Shown here piece after piece: positions 16,545 through 24,594 of a stretch of 32,000 nucleotides of DNA. The notes below the pieces were generated by a model, which was given only the letters and a program-made list of their open reading frames with translations, was not told the origin of the DNA and ran no database searches. This DNA is from Acutalibacteraceae bacterium. GTDB taxonomy: Bacteria; Bacillota; Clostridia; Oscillospirales; Acutalibacteraceae. The DNA lies in assembly GCA_045605425.1 (NCBI GenBank), contig JAZUQA010000021.1, positions 1-32,000 on the forward strand, given 5' to 3'. A program made the translations under genes and the position numbers. Each line of letters opens with the position of its first letter. Position 1 is the first letter of the stretch.

Positions 16545-17387
16545 ATGTCAAATTCAATAAGCGCAATGCCCAAGGACATTGTAAAATGGCTCAATGAACA
16601 GACGGAGGTTTTCGGCAAAATAAAATTCCTCACGGAGTTTCCGCCCGTACCCAAGGCGACACCGCTTAAAAATCCGATTATATCGGTTGGACTTGACAGC
16701 GTTAAGATTTCCGACTTTTTCGTTGAGAACAGCGAGGGTGAGCTCGTGCCCGATGAATACTGCCGTATGGCGGATATAAGGCTGCGTTTTTCAATTCACG
16801 TGCCCTATTCAATGGGCGGCACAGCCTGCCACGATGCGTTCACGAGAACAGTTGACTGCCTTTCCTTCAAGAGTGACCTAAACCTTGTTCAGTCGGGCTG
16901 TGAGGCTATAGTTGCCGACAGGGAAACGGACGCCTTTGTTATGAAAAGCTGGGCAGATGTTCAGGCGCAGTTCTGCCCTGCGGAATCAAGCGAAATACAG
17001 TACGAGGCTTTTCTGCCCAAAACGTTTTTCTGTGCCTCGCATATGAACGACACCGACCTGCACGTATCGAAGGAAGAAAAGGCGAAATGGAATTCGTCCA
17101 TTACAATCGGCTCGTATTTCGGCACGGGTGAAGCCAGCCGAAGCATTAACCTCGGCTTTAAGCCCACCGCTGTTATTGTAATCCCCTCACTCGTGCCGCT
17201 TTTCTATACGGCAACGGGAGCCTCCTACTGTATGAGCGGCATTGCGGCGAAGAGCTATTCGAGCGCAGGTGTTTATATAAACGACAGCGGCTTTACGATA
17301 AAACAGAGCACATCCGAAAACTACGGCGATACCTTTGTTTTGCTCAATAAGCTCAACATAGATTATTGCTATATCGCACTTAAATAA
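16545..17387 (+). CDS. Neck / tail-completion-like N-terminal domain fused to a C-terminal domain of unknown function; last gene of the module
   Basis: GGAGG (16531-16535) lies 9 nt before the ATG at 16545. The N-terminal IVKWLNEQTEVFGKIKFLTEFPPVPKATPLKNPIISVGLDSV loosely resembles the conserved start of tail-completion/neck proteins. The C-terminal SYFGTGEASRSINLGFKPTAVIVIP... is unassigned. Confidence 0.4.
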   Translation: MSNSISAMPKDIVKWLNEQTEVFGKIKFLTEFPPVPKATPLKNPIISVGLDSVKISDFFVENSEGELVPDEYCRMADIRLRFSIHVPYSMGGTACHDAFTRTVDCLSFKSDLNLVQSGCEAIVADRETDAFVMKSWADVQAQFCPAESSEIQYEAFLPKTFFCASHMNDTDLHVSKEEKAKWNSSITIGSYFGTGEASRSINLGFKPTAVIVIPSLVPLFYTATGASYCMSGIAAKSYSSAGVYINDSGFTIKQSTSENYGDTFVLLNKLNIDYCYIALK

Positions 17388-17407
17388 AAAATAATAAAGA
17401 ATAAATG

Positions 17408-17436
17408 TTGATTTTTGCGCCCGTGTGAGTTATACT
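17408..17436 (+). promoter_or_regulatory. Sigma-A-type promoter for the DHDPS-family gene
   Basis: TTGATT (17408-17413), 17-nt spacer, TATACT (17431-17436). It begins 20 nt after the last phage-module stop. Confidence 0.55.
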
Positions 17437-17475
17437 GTAGAAAAACTAAAAATTCAGAACCGAGGGTTAAAAATT

Positions 17476-18387
17476 ATGGCAAACAGAGCTTTCGACAACA
17501 AAGGCGTTTATTCACTTCTTCTCACTCCGTTCAAGGAAGACCGTTCAATCGACTTTGAGGTTTACAAAAAGTACGTTGAGTGGCAGTCACGTCAGGGCGC
17601 ACAGCACCTTTTCGCTTGCTGCGGCAGCTCCGAAATGACAACACTTACTCTTGACGAGAGAATTGAGCTTGCTACACTTGCTGTTAAGCACGCCAACGGC
17701 ACTCCCGTTGTTGCCACCGCTAATATCGAGCCCACATGGCACGGTCAGCTTGAAGAAATCAAGCGTATGGAGCAGACCGGCGTTGAAGGCCTTGTTTTTG
17801 TTACAAAGGGCTACTGCGACAATAACGACAGAATGTTTACATACCTTTCAGAGCTCGCAGAGCACACAACTCTCCCCATCATTCTTTACGAGTTCCCCGG
17901 TATGCAGCCTCACCTTATGGATGCTGAATGCTACGGCAGACTTGTTGAAACAGGCAAGTTTTACGGCATTAAGGACACAACCTGCCGCATTGAAAGAATC
18001 AAGGAAAAGATTGCCGTTCAGGGTGACTCCGCTGTTCTTCAGGCTAACATCCCCTACCTTATGGAAGCATACGAGGCAGGCGCAAGAGGCGTTATTGCAA
18101 CACCCACAAGCTGCGGTGCTTACCTCTTTGCAAAGATGTATGACGAATTCTTTGTTCAGAATGACCGAGAGGCAGCCAACCTTACCCACCAGCAGATTTG
18201 TGTGCTTGACAATGCTATTGATTCCGGCTTCTGTGCAAGCGCAAAGTACCTCGTCAGCCTTTGCGGCATAGAGGGCTTCAACTGGTACACAAGAGGCAAC
18301 CACGAGCTCAACCCCCAGAGACTCAAGTCACTTCGTGTGTTCTTCGACTGGGCAAAGGCAACAGGCTTCAAGTTCTATAACGACTAA
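17476..18387 (+). CDS. Dihydrodipicolinate synthase / N-acetylneuraminate lyase family class I aldolase
   Basis: GVYSLLLTPFKEDRSIDFEVY..., CCGSSEMTTLTLDER, and the Schiff-base lysine context FYGIKDTT. The ATG at 17476 has GAGGG upstream. Confidence 0.85.
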   Translation: MANRAFDNKGVYSLLLTPFKEDRSIDFEVYKKYVEWQSRQGAQHLFACCGSSEMTTLTLDERIELATLAVKHANGTPVVATANIEPTWHGQLEEIKRMEQTGVEGLVFVTKGYCDNNDRMFTYLSELAEHTTLPIILYEFPGMQPHLMDAECYGRLVETGKFYGIKDTTCRIERIKEKIAVQGDSAVLQANIPYLMEAYEAGARGVIATPTSCGAYLFAKMYDEFFVQNDREAANLTHQQICVLDNAIDSGFCASAKYLVSLCGIEGFNWYTRGNHELNPQRLKSLRVFFDWAKATGFKFYND

Positions 18388-18417
18388 TAAAACACTATTC
18401 AAAAGGCGGTATCTAAA

Positions 18418-19005
18418 ATGGCCGATAACAACAGCTTTTCCATTTCAAGAAAGGGCTATACCTGCTCTGAGGTTGATGAATTTATCAGCTATGCACGCCA
18501 GTCGGAAGCACAGCTTCGTGAAAGCTACGCTTCGCTGCAGGAAAAATACGACACTCTCCACGAGGAGAATTCAAAGCTGCGCAAGGACTGTGCTGTTCTT
18601 GCGGCTGCACTGCAGAAGCTGCGTGAGACAGCTCTTACGGAAGAAAGCAGGGACGACACAAATCTGCGTGAAGAAAATACTGCTCTCAAAGCCGAAAACG
18701 AAGAGCTTAAGGCAGAGCTTGAAGTAATCCGCAACGAAGGCACTGAGGCGGCAAAGCTTTACGGCAACACGGCTTCTAAAATGATTGAAGAGGTTGCGCA
18801 ACTTGTGCAGAAGCTTGAAAAGGACGCACAGCGCAAGGCAGACGCAATCACGGTAGCTGCACGCCTTGAGCAGGAAAAGGTAAACCTCATCAAAGAACAG
18901 GTCAACCACGAGGTACGCAGCCTTATGTCAATGCTTGAAAGCTTTGCAAAGGATACCGAAAACGAAAGTGCTGTTGAAGTAATTGACGAGGACGAAACCG
19001 AATAA
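18418..19005 (+). CDS. DivIVA-domain coiled-coil protein
   Basis: N-terminal DivIVA signature FSISRKGYTCSEVDEFI, followed by a long heptad-rich coiled coil. Confidence 0.8.
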   Translation: MADNNSFSISRKGYTCSEVDEFISYARQSEAQLRESYASLQEKYDTLHEENSKLRKDCAVLAAALQKLRETALTEESRDDTNLREENTALKAENEELKAELEVIRNEGTEAAKLYGNTASKMIEEVAQLVQKLEKDAQRKADAITVAARLEQEKVNLIKEQVNHEVRSLMSMLESFAKDTENESAVEVIDEDETE

Positions 19006-19011
19006 AAACAA

Positions 19012-19040
19012 AAGCCACACTCAACTGTGTGGCTTTTATG
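19012..19040 (+). terminator. Rho-independent terminator
   Basis: Stem aagccacac (19012-19020) / gtgtggctt (19027-19035), 6-nt loop, then a T-rich tail. Confidence 0.6.
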
Positions 19041-19058
19041 ATAAAGGAAAAATCAGCT

Positions 19059-19727
19059 ATGAGAATGAGAAAAAAGAAATATCTTGAGCAGCGCCTGAAC
19101 GAATGCGGCGACAACATAATTCAGCTTTTCAGCGATGACCGCAATTTTATGACGGCTATTGAAAAGAAGGAATATTTCGATTTCAAGGAGATTTTCGGCA
19201 ACGACAAGCCTGTTGTGCTCGAAGTCGGCTGCGGCAAGGGCAAATTTGCCTGTGAGCTGGCAAAAGCAAACCCCGAAATCAATGTACTTGCGCTTGAAAA
19301 GGTTGCAAACGTTATTGTTGCGGCAAGTGAAAGGGCAAGGGAAGAAAAAATCGAAAACGTGCGCTTTCTTCACGGCGGTGCAGAGTACCTTGAAAAATTC
19401 ATTGCGCCCAAGTCAATCGAGCGCATTTACCTTAATTTCTCCTGCCCCTACCCCAAGAATTCCTACGCCAACCACCGCCTTACCAACGCACGCTTTCTCA
19501 AAAGCTATGCGGTAATTCTCAAGGACGGCGCAGAAATCCACCAGAAGACGGACAATATGCACTTTTTCGAGTATTCGCTTGAGCAGTATTCCGCCTTCGG
19601 CTTCAAAATCAAAAACATATCCCTCGACCTGCACAACAGCGGCTTTGAGGGCAACATAGAAACAGAATACGAGCATCGCTTTGCTTCGCAGGGCATGCCG
19701 ATTTACAGAGTGGAAGCGTATTTATGA
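19059..19727 (+). CDS. trmB: tRNA (guanine-N7)-methyltransferase
   Basis: SAM-binding VLEVGCGKGKF, then NVLALE, IYLNFSCPYPK and the TrmB-type C-terminal YEHRFASQGMPIY. I chose the ATG at 19059 because the ORF-track start at 19029 lies inside the terminator. Confidence 0.85.
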   Translation: MRMRKKKYLEQRLNECGDNIIQLFSDDRNFMTAIEKKEYFDFKEIFGNDKPVVLEVGCGKGKFACELAKANPEINVLALEKVANVIVAASERAREEKIENVRFLHGGAEYLEKFIAPKSIERIYLNFSCPYPKNSYANHRLTNARFLKSYAVILKDGAEIHQKTDNMHFFEYSLEQYSAFGFKIKNISLDLHNSGFEGNIETEYEHRFASQGMPIYRVEAYL

Positions 19728-20374
19728 AAACCTGTTTACTTGTCGGCGGCGGAGATTTTTACGCCGAGGGCTTCAGACCCGAAAAGGAAAACTTAATAAT
19801 CGCCGTTGACGCAGGCTACGAAAGGCTGACAAAGCTCGGAATTACTCCTGACCTTGTTGTGGGTGATTTTGACTCGCTCGGCTTTGTGCCCAACCACCCA
19901 AACACCGAAACACACCCGAGCGTTAAGGACGACACGGACACCATGCTTGCCGTAATAAAAGGCATTGAGGCAGGCTGTGACCGTTTTCTGATTTACGGCG
20001 GCACAGGCGGACGGATTGCACACACCTTCGGCAATATTCAGGTGCTTGCTCACCTTGCAAAGGAAGGTAAGCAGGGTTTTATTATTGACAAGGACTATGT
20101 AATAGCTGCCGCAAAGGACTGCACGCTCACTTTTTCAAAAGAAAACAGCGGATATATTTCCCTGATTCCCTGGGGAAGTGAAAGTTGCGCCCTGACACTA
20201 AAAGGGCTTAAATATGAGCTTGAGGGTGCTCCCCTGCCAGGTGACCGTCCTTTAGGTATCAGCAATGAATTTACGGGTAAAGCCGCCGAAATCACGGTAC
20301 ACGACGGCACAGCGGTAATCATAATCGAAAGCTCAGGCATACTGCCCGAAAGAGAGGAAACAGATGGCAAATAA
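19724..20374 (+). CDS. thiN: Thiamine pyrophosphokinase
   Basis: LVVGDFDS and KDDTD motifs, with a C-terminal thiamin-binding-like beta domain. ATGA overlap with trmB. Confidence 0.8.
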   Translation: MKTCLLVGGGDFYAEGFRPEKENLIIAVDAGYERLTKLGITPDLVVGDFDSLGFVPNHPNTETHPSVKDDTDTMLAVIKGIEAGCDRFLIYGGTGGRIAHTFGNIQVLAHLAKEGKQGFIIDKDYVIAAAKDCTLTFSKENSGYISLIPWGSESCALTLKGLKYELEGAPLPGDRPLGISNEFTGKAAEITVHDGTAVIIIESSGILPEREETDGK

Positions 20375-21023
20375 AATTTCCGCCGCAATTTTTGACCTTG
20401 ACGGCACGCTTATTGACTCAATGCCGATATGGAACGACCTGAGCTTCAACTTTCTCACCGCCCGTGGCGTTACGCCAAAGCCCGACTTGCGTGACAGGGT
20501 TTCGACAATGTTTCTGCGTGAATCCTCGCAGTACGTTGTGGACGAGTACAACCTTGACTGCACGGCAGAGGATGTTTTAGCCTTTATGCACGAGCAGATT
20601 GACAATTTCTATATCAACCTCGTGCCCCCAAAAGAAGACGTTATACCGTTTCTTGAACGCTTAAAAAAAGCCGGAATTAAAATGTGCGTAGCAACGGCAA
20701 CGGAAAGAAGGCTCGCAATTCCTGCCCTTGAGCGCAACGGTATGCTGAAATATTTCGACCGGATTTTCACCTGCGCAGAATTGGGAGTCAGTAAAAGAGA
20801 CCCGTTGATTTTTGAAAAGGCACTCCAATTTCTCGGCACGGAAAGCCGGGAAACCTATGTGTTTGAGGATTCACCCCACGCAGTTGAAACTGCGGCAAAG
20901 GCAGGCTTCCCTGTAGCAGCGGTTTACGATGAGTCAGCCGCAGGCAAGGAAAAGGAAATCCGAGAGCTCAGCAAGGTGTTTTTTTATAAGTATGAAGAAT
21001 TGAACGATTTTTTTGATATATAA
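20364..21023 (+). CDS. HAD-superfamily hydrolase (beta-phosphoglucomutase-like subfamily IA)
   Basis: Motif I AAIFDLDGTLIDS, motif II ATAT, motif III/IV K...FEDS. Confidence 0.85.
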   Translation: MANKISAAIFDLDGTLIDSMPIWNDLSFNFLTARGVTPKPDLRDRVSTMFLRESSQYVVDEYNLDCTAEDVLAFMHEQIDNFYINLVPPKEDVIPFLERLKKAGIKMCVATATERRLAIPALERNGMLKYFDRIFTCAELGVSKRDPLIFEKALQFLGTESRETYVFEDSPHAVETAAKAGFPVAAVYDESAAGKEKEIRELSKVFFYKYEELNDFFDI

Positions 21024-21030
21024 CAAAGCA

Positions 21031-21072
21031 GGACAGCACAGTTCACCCATACTGTGCTGTCCTTTATCTCTT
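21031..21072 (+). terminator. Rho-independent terminator
   Basis: A perfect 11-bp stem, ggacagcacag (21031-21041) / ctgtgctgtcc (21052-21062), followed by tttatctctt. Confidence 0.65.
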
Positions 21073-21108
21073 CCCGGAAAAACTATACTTTTTCTGCTTC
21101 ACCTCCCT

Positions 21109-21990
21109 TTACTTTAAAGTATAATCTTTGCAAATGGCTGTTGCTTCGCCGTTTTCATTGAAAACGATATCCACAACACCCATTGCTTTAACCCCGTCGG
21201 TGTACTCAACGGTAAAGGTAACCGTGTCATTAAAGGCTGAAAAAGATATACCGTTGTTTTCCGACAGAGCTTTTAACATTTCGTCCGTGTGCTCCCAGTA
21301 AAAGCCGTCTGTTTTACTGTTGAATTCCTCACCGCTGACAACGATTTCGTGGCCGTGTTCGGGAGCAGAAAAAACAGGTCTGCCTACAGAATAAACAAGC
21401 TGACCGTATTCGGATGTGTTTTTCACCGTTACGGTTTTTACGTTTCTGCCTTCCTCCAAATTCAGCCTGAATTCGTTGACGGAATACCGGGTCAGGTAAA
21501 TTTCATCTGTACCGTCGGTATGGCTTCTGCCCCTGAAAAAGCCCTCTTCGTCACGGTAAGCGTAAATTCCGTTATCAAGGTCAGTGCGTACTTTTTTCTT
21601 TTCGCTGTCTGTCAAACTTCGGATGTCGGTTACAATTAATTTGATGCCACAGTCATATCCCTTATTGATTTCAAGCGGTACAGCGGTCTGTTTTTCTTCT
21701 GCATCACCGTAATAAGCACCTGCAAGCACAACAAAACCGCTCATCATATCAAGCACCGTATTCTGTGTGGTGCTTTCGGTAGATTTTTCCGCTTCGGTTA
21801 CAGGTCGTTTTCCGACCAAGCCCGTGCCCAAAACAATAATTGCAATAAAGCACAGAGCAATAATCGGGTTGGTTATTCTTTTAGGCTTTGCTTTAGAAGC
21901 ACCGCCTATAACCTTTGCTTTGAGCCTGTTTTTCATATGTACATCGGGCTGAATATCATCAATTATACTTATTAATTCTTCCTTTTTCAT
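21109..21990 (-). CDS. Single-pass membrane protein co-transcribed with the ECF sigma factor (putative anti-sigma factor)
   Basis: ATGA overlap with the sigma gene. It has a cytoplasmic N-terminus of about 40 aa, a TM helix IIALCFIAIIVLGTGLV, and an extracytoplasmic domain of about 230 aa. There is no zinc-binding anti-sigma motif, so the function is inferred from context only. Confidence 0.5.
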   Translation of the reverse strand: MKKEELISIIDDIQPDVHMKNRLKAKVIGGASKAKPKRITNPIIALCFIAIIVLGTGLVGKRPVTEAEKSTESTTQNTVLDMMSGFVVLAGAYYGDAEEKQTAVPLEINKGYDCGIKLIVTDIRSLTDSEKKKVRTDLDNGIYAYRDEEGFFRGRSHTDGTDEIYLTRYSVNEFRLNLEEGRNVKTVTVKNTSEYGQLVYSVGRPVFSAPEHGHEIVVSGEEFNSKTDGFYWEHTDEMLKALSENNGISFSAFNDTVTFTVEYTDGVKAMGVVDIVFNENGEATAICKDYTLK

Positions 21991-22472
21991 TGCGCATAAT
22001 CCTCCAATTCGGGTTTTAACATTTCTCTGCCCCGTTGCAAACGCTTCTTTACTGCAGCTTTGCTTATTCTGAGTATTCGGGCAATTTCCTCAACGGAATA
22101 GCCGTTGTAATAGTACAGCAGCACCGCAATTTTGTATTTGGGCGGCAGGGCAAAAACGCTTCGCAAAATGTCCTGCCGTGCATCGTTTTCACAGTATACG
22201 GAAAGAGAAACATCCTCCACACTTATGTTTTTTCTGCCTGCCTTTTTAAGCAAATCGAGGCAGGCGTTTTGTGTTGTTCTTATAAGCCACGCCTTTTCGT
22301 GGTCAGCACTGCTGAATTTATTTTTACTGTAAAAAAACTTTGTAAAAACATCCTGCAGCACATCCTCGGCATCAGCGCTGTTGCCGAGATACAGAAAGGA
22401 TATTCGGTAAAGCATTACCGCATAAAGATTGTATTTTTCTTCAAATTCTTTTTCGAGATCCCGATTCTTCAT
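21987..22472 (-). CDS. ECF-type RNA polymerase sigma-70 family factor
   Basis: Region 2: DAEDVLQDVFTKFF...WLIRTTQNACLDLLKK. Region 4 HTH: YNGYSVEEIARILRISKAAVKKRLQRGREML. AAAGGAGGAAG lies upstream of the ATG. Confidence 0.85.
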   Translation of the reverse strand: MKNRDLEKEFEEKYNLYAVMLYRISFLYLGNSADAEDVLQDVFTKFFYSKNKFSSADHEKAWLIRTTQNACLDLLKKAGRKNISVEDVSLSVYCENDARQDILRSVFALPPKYKIAVLLYYYNGYSVEEIARILRISKAAVKKRLQRGREMLKPELEDYAQ

Positions 22473-22536
22473 AGCTTCCTCCTTTCATATATAAAACGAG
22501 TGAGGAATGCTGTTGGTGACAAACTGTTAATGAAAA

Positions 22537-22666
22537 ATGAATAATGAAGCCGCTTACGCTGATGAATAATGAATAATTAAGGAAGGGCTACGCCCTTACC
22601 CATTATTATAATTCGGGTACGGGTGTCCCGCCTACAATTATTCATTATTCAATATTCATTATTCAT
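22537..22666. repeat. Nested inverted-repeat array of the motif ATGAATAATGAA
   Basis: Forward copies are at 22537-22548 and 22562-22573. Reverse copies are at 22641-22651 (11/12) and 22655-22666. The inner arms form a perfect 16-bp inverted repeat, tgaataatgaataatt (22563-22578) / aattattcattattca (22636-22651), around a 57-nt GC-richer core. Confidence 0.7.
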
Positions 22667-22683
22667 CATTCATTTCAACAAAC

Positions 22684-22724
22684 TACAACAACAAAAAGCC
22701 CCGGGCATTTACTGCCTTGGGCTT
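22684..22724 (-). terminator. Rho-independent terminator of the alpha-galactosidase-like gene
   Basis: On the minus strand, aagcccaaggca/ugcccggggcuu forms a 12-bp stem with 2 internal mismatches, followed by uuuuuguuguug. It starts 11 nt past the stop. Confidence 0.55.
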
Positions 22725-22734
22725 TTCGTGTTAA

Positions 22735-24453
22735 TTATTCAAAATACTTTTTCCAATCGTCGCCGGAGAGGATTTTGCCCTCTGCGAGGTTGAAGGTGAA
22801 GGTTTCCTGCTTGCCGTCCTTTTCGGTTACGAGGCGGATTACCTCGCTGTTAACATATTCGGCGCTGATAATCTTTTCGTCTGTCTTTTCAAAGAACTTT
22901 CGCACGAGTGTCTGTGCCGCCTTGTCGTAATCGGCTGCGTTATCGGAAACGAAAAGAACGTTACCGCAAAGGTTATTTATTTTACCGAGGAGGTACTTCT
23001 GCTCGTTAGTGAACTGGAGCTTATTAATGCGCATCATCAGCACATCGGTAAACTTCTGGTTGTTCTTTCGCAGGAAGAATACGTCGGGGTCGTTCATCCA
23101 TACTCTGCCGTTCATATGGCGGCGGAATATCGAGTTATTTATTGCGCTTCTTGCGCTGAGCATTTCGTTAGCAACCTGAATACGGTTGTAGAACAGACCG
23201 TCGTAGTAAAGGTCAACGTCACAGCTGATACGGCAGGCATCAACAACACCCATAGCAGGGCCAATCGGCACACCGCAGCCAAGGAAGAGCTTATCGCCGA
23301 CGCACTCACGAAGGAACGCCATAGCGTCGCACATAATCTCGCCTCTGCTCTTGCCGTGTCTGGGCTTGATACACTGGCTGTAGAGGAAATCGAGCTTGAC
23401 CATATCGTAGCCCCAGTCGTTGAGGACAGTATCAAAAACTTCCTTGAGGTAAGCTCTTACTTCTTCGTTGTAAATATCAAACGTATAAGCGCCGCCCCAG
23501 GCAATACAGCCAACCATAGGCTTGCCGTTGGTGTCCTTGATAAGCCAGTCGGGGTGTTCCTTTGCCATACGGGAAATCTTCTGGCAGTTGAAGGGAGCAA
23601 GCCAGATACCTGCCTTGTAGCCCTTGTCGTGAATTTTATCGGCAATATACTTCATACCGTTGGGGAACTTTGCAGGGTTGGGGTCAAGCCAGTCGCCAAT
23701 AAAGGTTTCGTAGCCGTCATCAATCTGGAAGATATTGACCTGGTCTTTATAAGCATCAAGTCCGTCAAGGTCACGAAGGATAATATTTTCGTCAATATCC
23801 TGGAAGTAATTGTACCAGGAGGTATAACCGCTCATTGTGCCGTGTCTTGTTTCGGGCATATCCCACAGACCGAAGTAGTTGTCAAAGACTTCCTCGTAGC
23901 CGCCCTCAAAGTAAACAATATCGAACACCTCAAGCGGACCCGTGAGCACCTTGCCGAGCAGGTCCTTTGTAAAATAGAAGCGGTTTTCGTTCATCTTTAC
24001 CTTAAAAATTGTGAAGCCTGTTTTTTCGGTAAGTGAACCCCAGAGCTTAACACTCTCGCCGTTGCGGATATAGGTATAGCAGTGGCTGTGGAATTCGCCG
24101 GGCTTTTCGGAATATTTAACAATCCACTCGTCACCCGTTTTTCTCGCAATGCCCTTTGTGTACTCGGAAATATTTGCCAGCTTAATGCAGCCACGCATAA
24201 TTTCGTTTGCCTTGTATTCCCTTGTCTTTGTCCAGGACTGGTAGCCGTTGCCGAAGAACAGGTCGCCGGGCTTGAATTCATAGGGCATTTCGGAATAGAA
24301 TTCTACAAGCTCAATTGTCTTTTTCGGAACAATTGTAACCTTGTAGCTGTTGTCCTTATTTTCAATTTCAAGGCGGTAAAATTCGTTCTCCTTGTCGTTG
24401 GTAGTGAACTGCTTGCCGCCGAATTTAAAGCTTACGGTGTACTTTTTATCCAT
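22735..24453 (-). CDS. Clan GH-D alpha-galactosidase-like glycoside hydrolase (GH36/GH27-type)
   Basis: SGYTSWYNYF, FQIDDGY, nucleophile-type MVKLDFLY and acid/base-type WMNDPDVFFL. I preferred the ATG at 24453 (GGGAG 8 nt upstream) over the GTG at 24471. Confidence 0.8.
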   Translation of the reverse strand: MDKKYTVSFKFGGKQFTTNDKENEFYRLEIENKDNSYKVTIVPKKTIELVEFYSEMPYEFKPGDLFFGNGYQSWTKTREYKANEIMRGCIKLANISEYTKGIARKTGDEWIVKYSEKPGEFHSHCYTYIRNGESVKLWGSLTEKTGFTIFKVKMNENRFYFTKDLLGKVLTGPLEVFDIVYFEGGYEEVFDNYFGLWDMPETRHGTMSGYTSWYNYFQDIDENIILRDLDGLDAYKDQVNIFQIDDGYETFIGDWLDPNPAKFPNGMKYIADKIHDKGYKAGIWLAPFNCQKISRMAKEHPDWLIKDTNGKPMVGCIAWGGAYTFDIYNEEVRAYLKEVFDTVLNDWGYDMVKLDFLYSQCIKPRHGKSRGEIMCDAMAFLRECVGDKLFLGCGVPIGPAMGVVDACRISCDVDLYYDGLFYNRIQVANEMLSARSAINNSIFRRHMNGRVWMNDPDVFFLRKNNQKFTDVLMMRINKLQFTNEQKYLLGKINNLCGNVLFVSDNAADYDKAAQTLVRKFFEKTDEKIISAEYVNSEVIRLVTEKDGKQETFTFNLAEGKILSGDDWKKYFE

Positions 24454-24535
24454 TATTGTCGCTCCCGTCACATTAATAAGTTTATTTTAGCAGAATTCAC
24501 CCCAATAATCAACTATAATAATTATAATTATTCCG

Positions 24536-24564
24536 TTGTTTTCGGGCACGGCTTGTGATAAAAT
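24536..24564 (+). promoter_or_regulatory. Sigma-A-type promoter for the esterase gene
   Basis: TTGTTT (24536-24541), 17-nt spacer, TAAAAT (24559-24564), with an extended -10 TG (24556-24557). Confidence 0.5.
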
Positions 24565-24594
24565 ATAGTCATATTTTTCCGGAGGTGTATCACC

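Larger units (their letters stand above)
10574..17387 (+). mobile_element. Phage-derived DNA-packaging and head-morphogenesis gene block with no tail, lysis, integration or replication genes
   Basis: Nine co-directional ORFs in canonical order: TerS, TerL, portal, protease/scaffold, decoration, MCP, connector, head closure, neck-like. They are tightly packed, with start/stop overlaps (TAATG at 13463-13467, ATGA at 16214-16217). Non-phage genes flank both sides. Confidence 0.7.
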
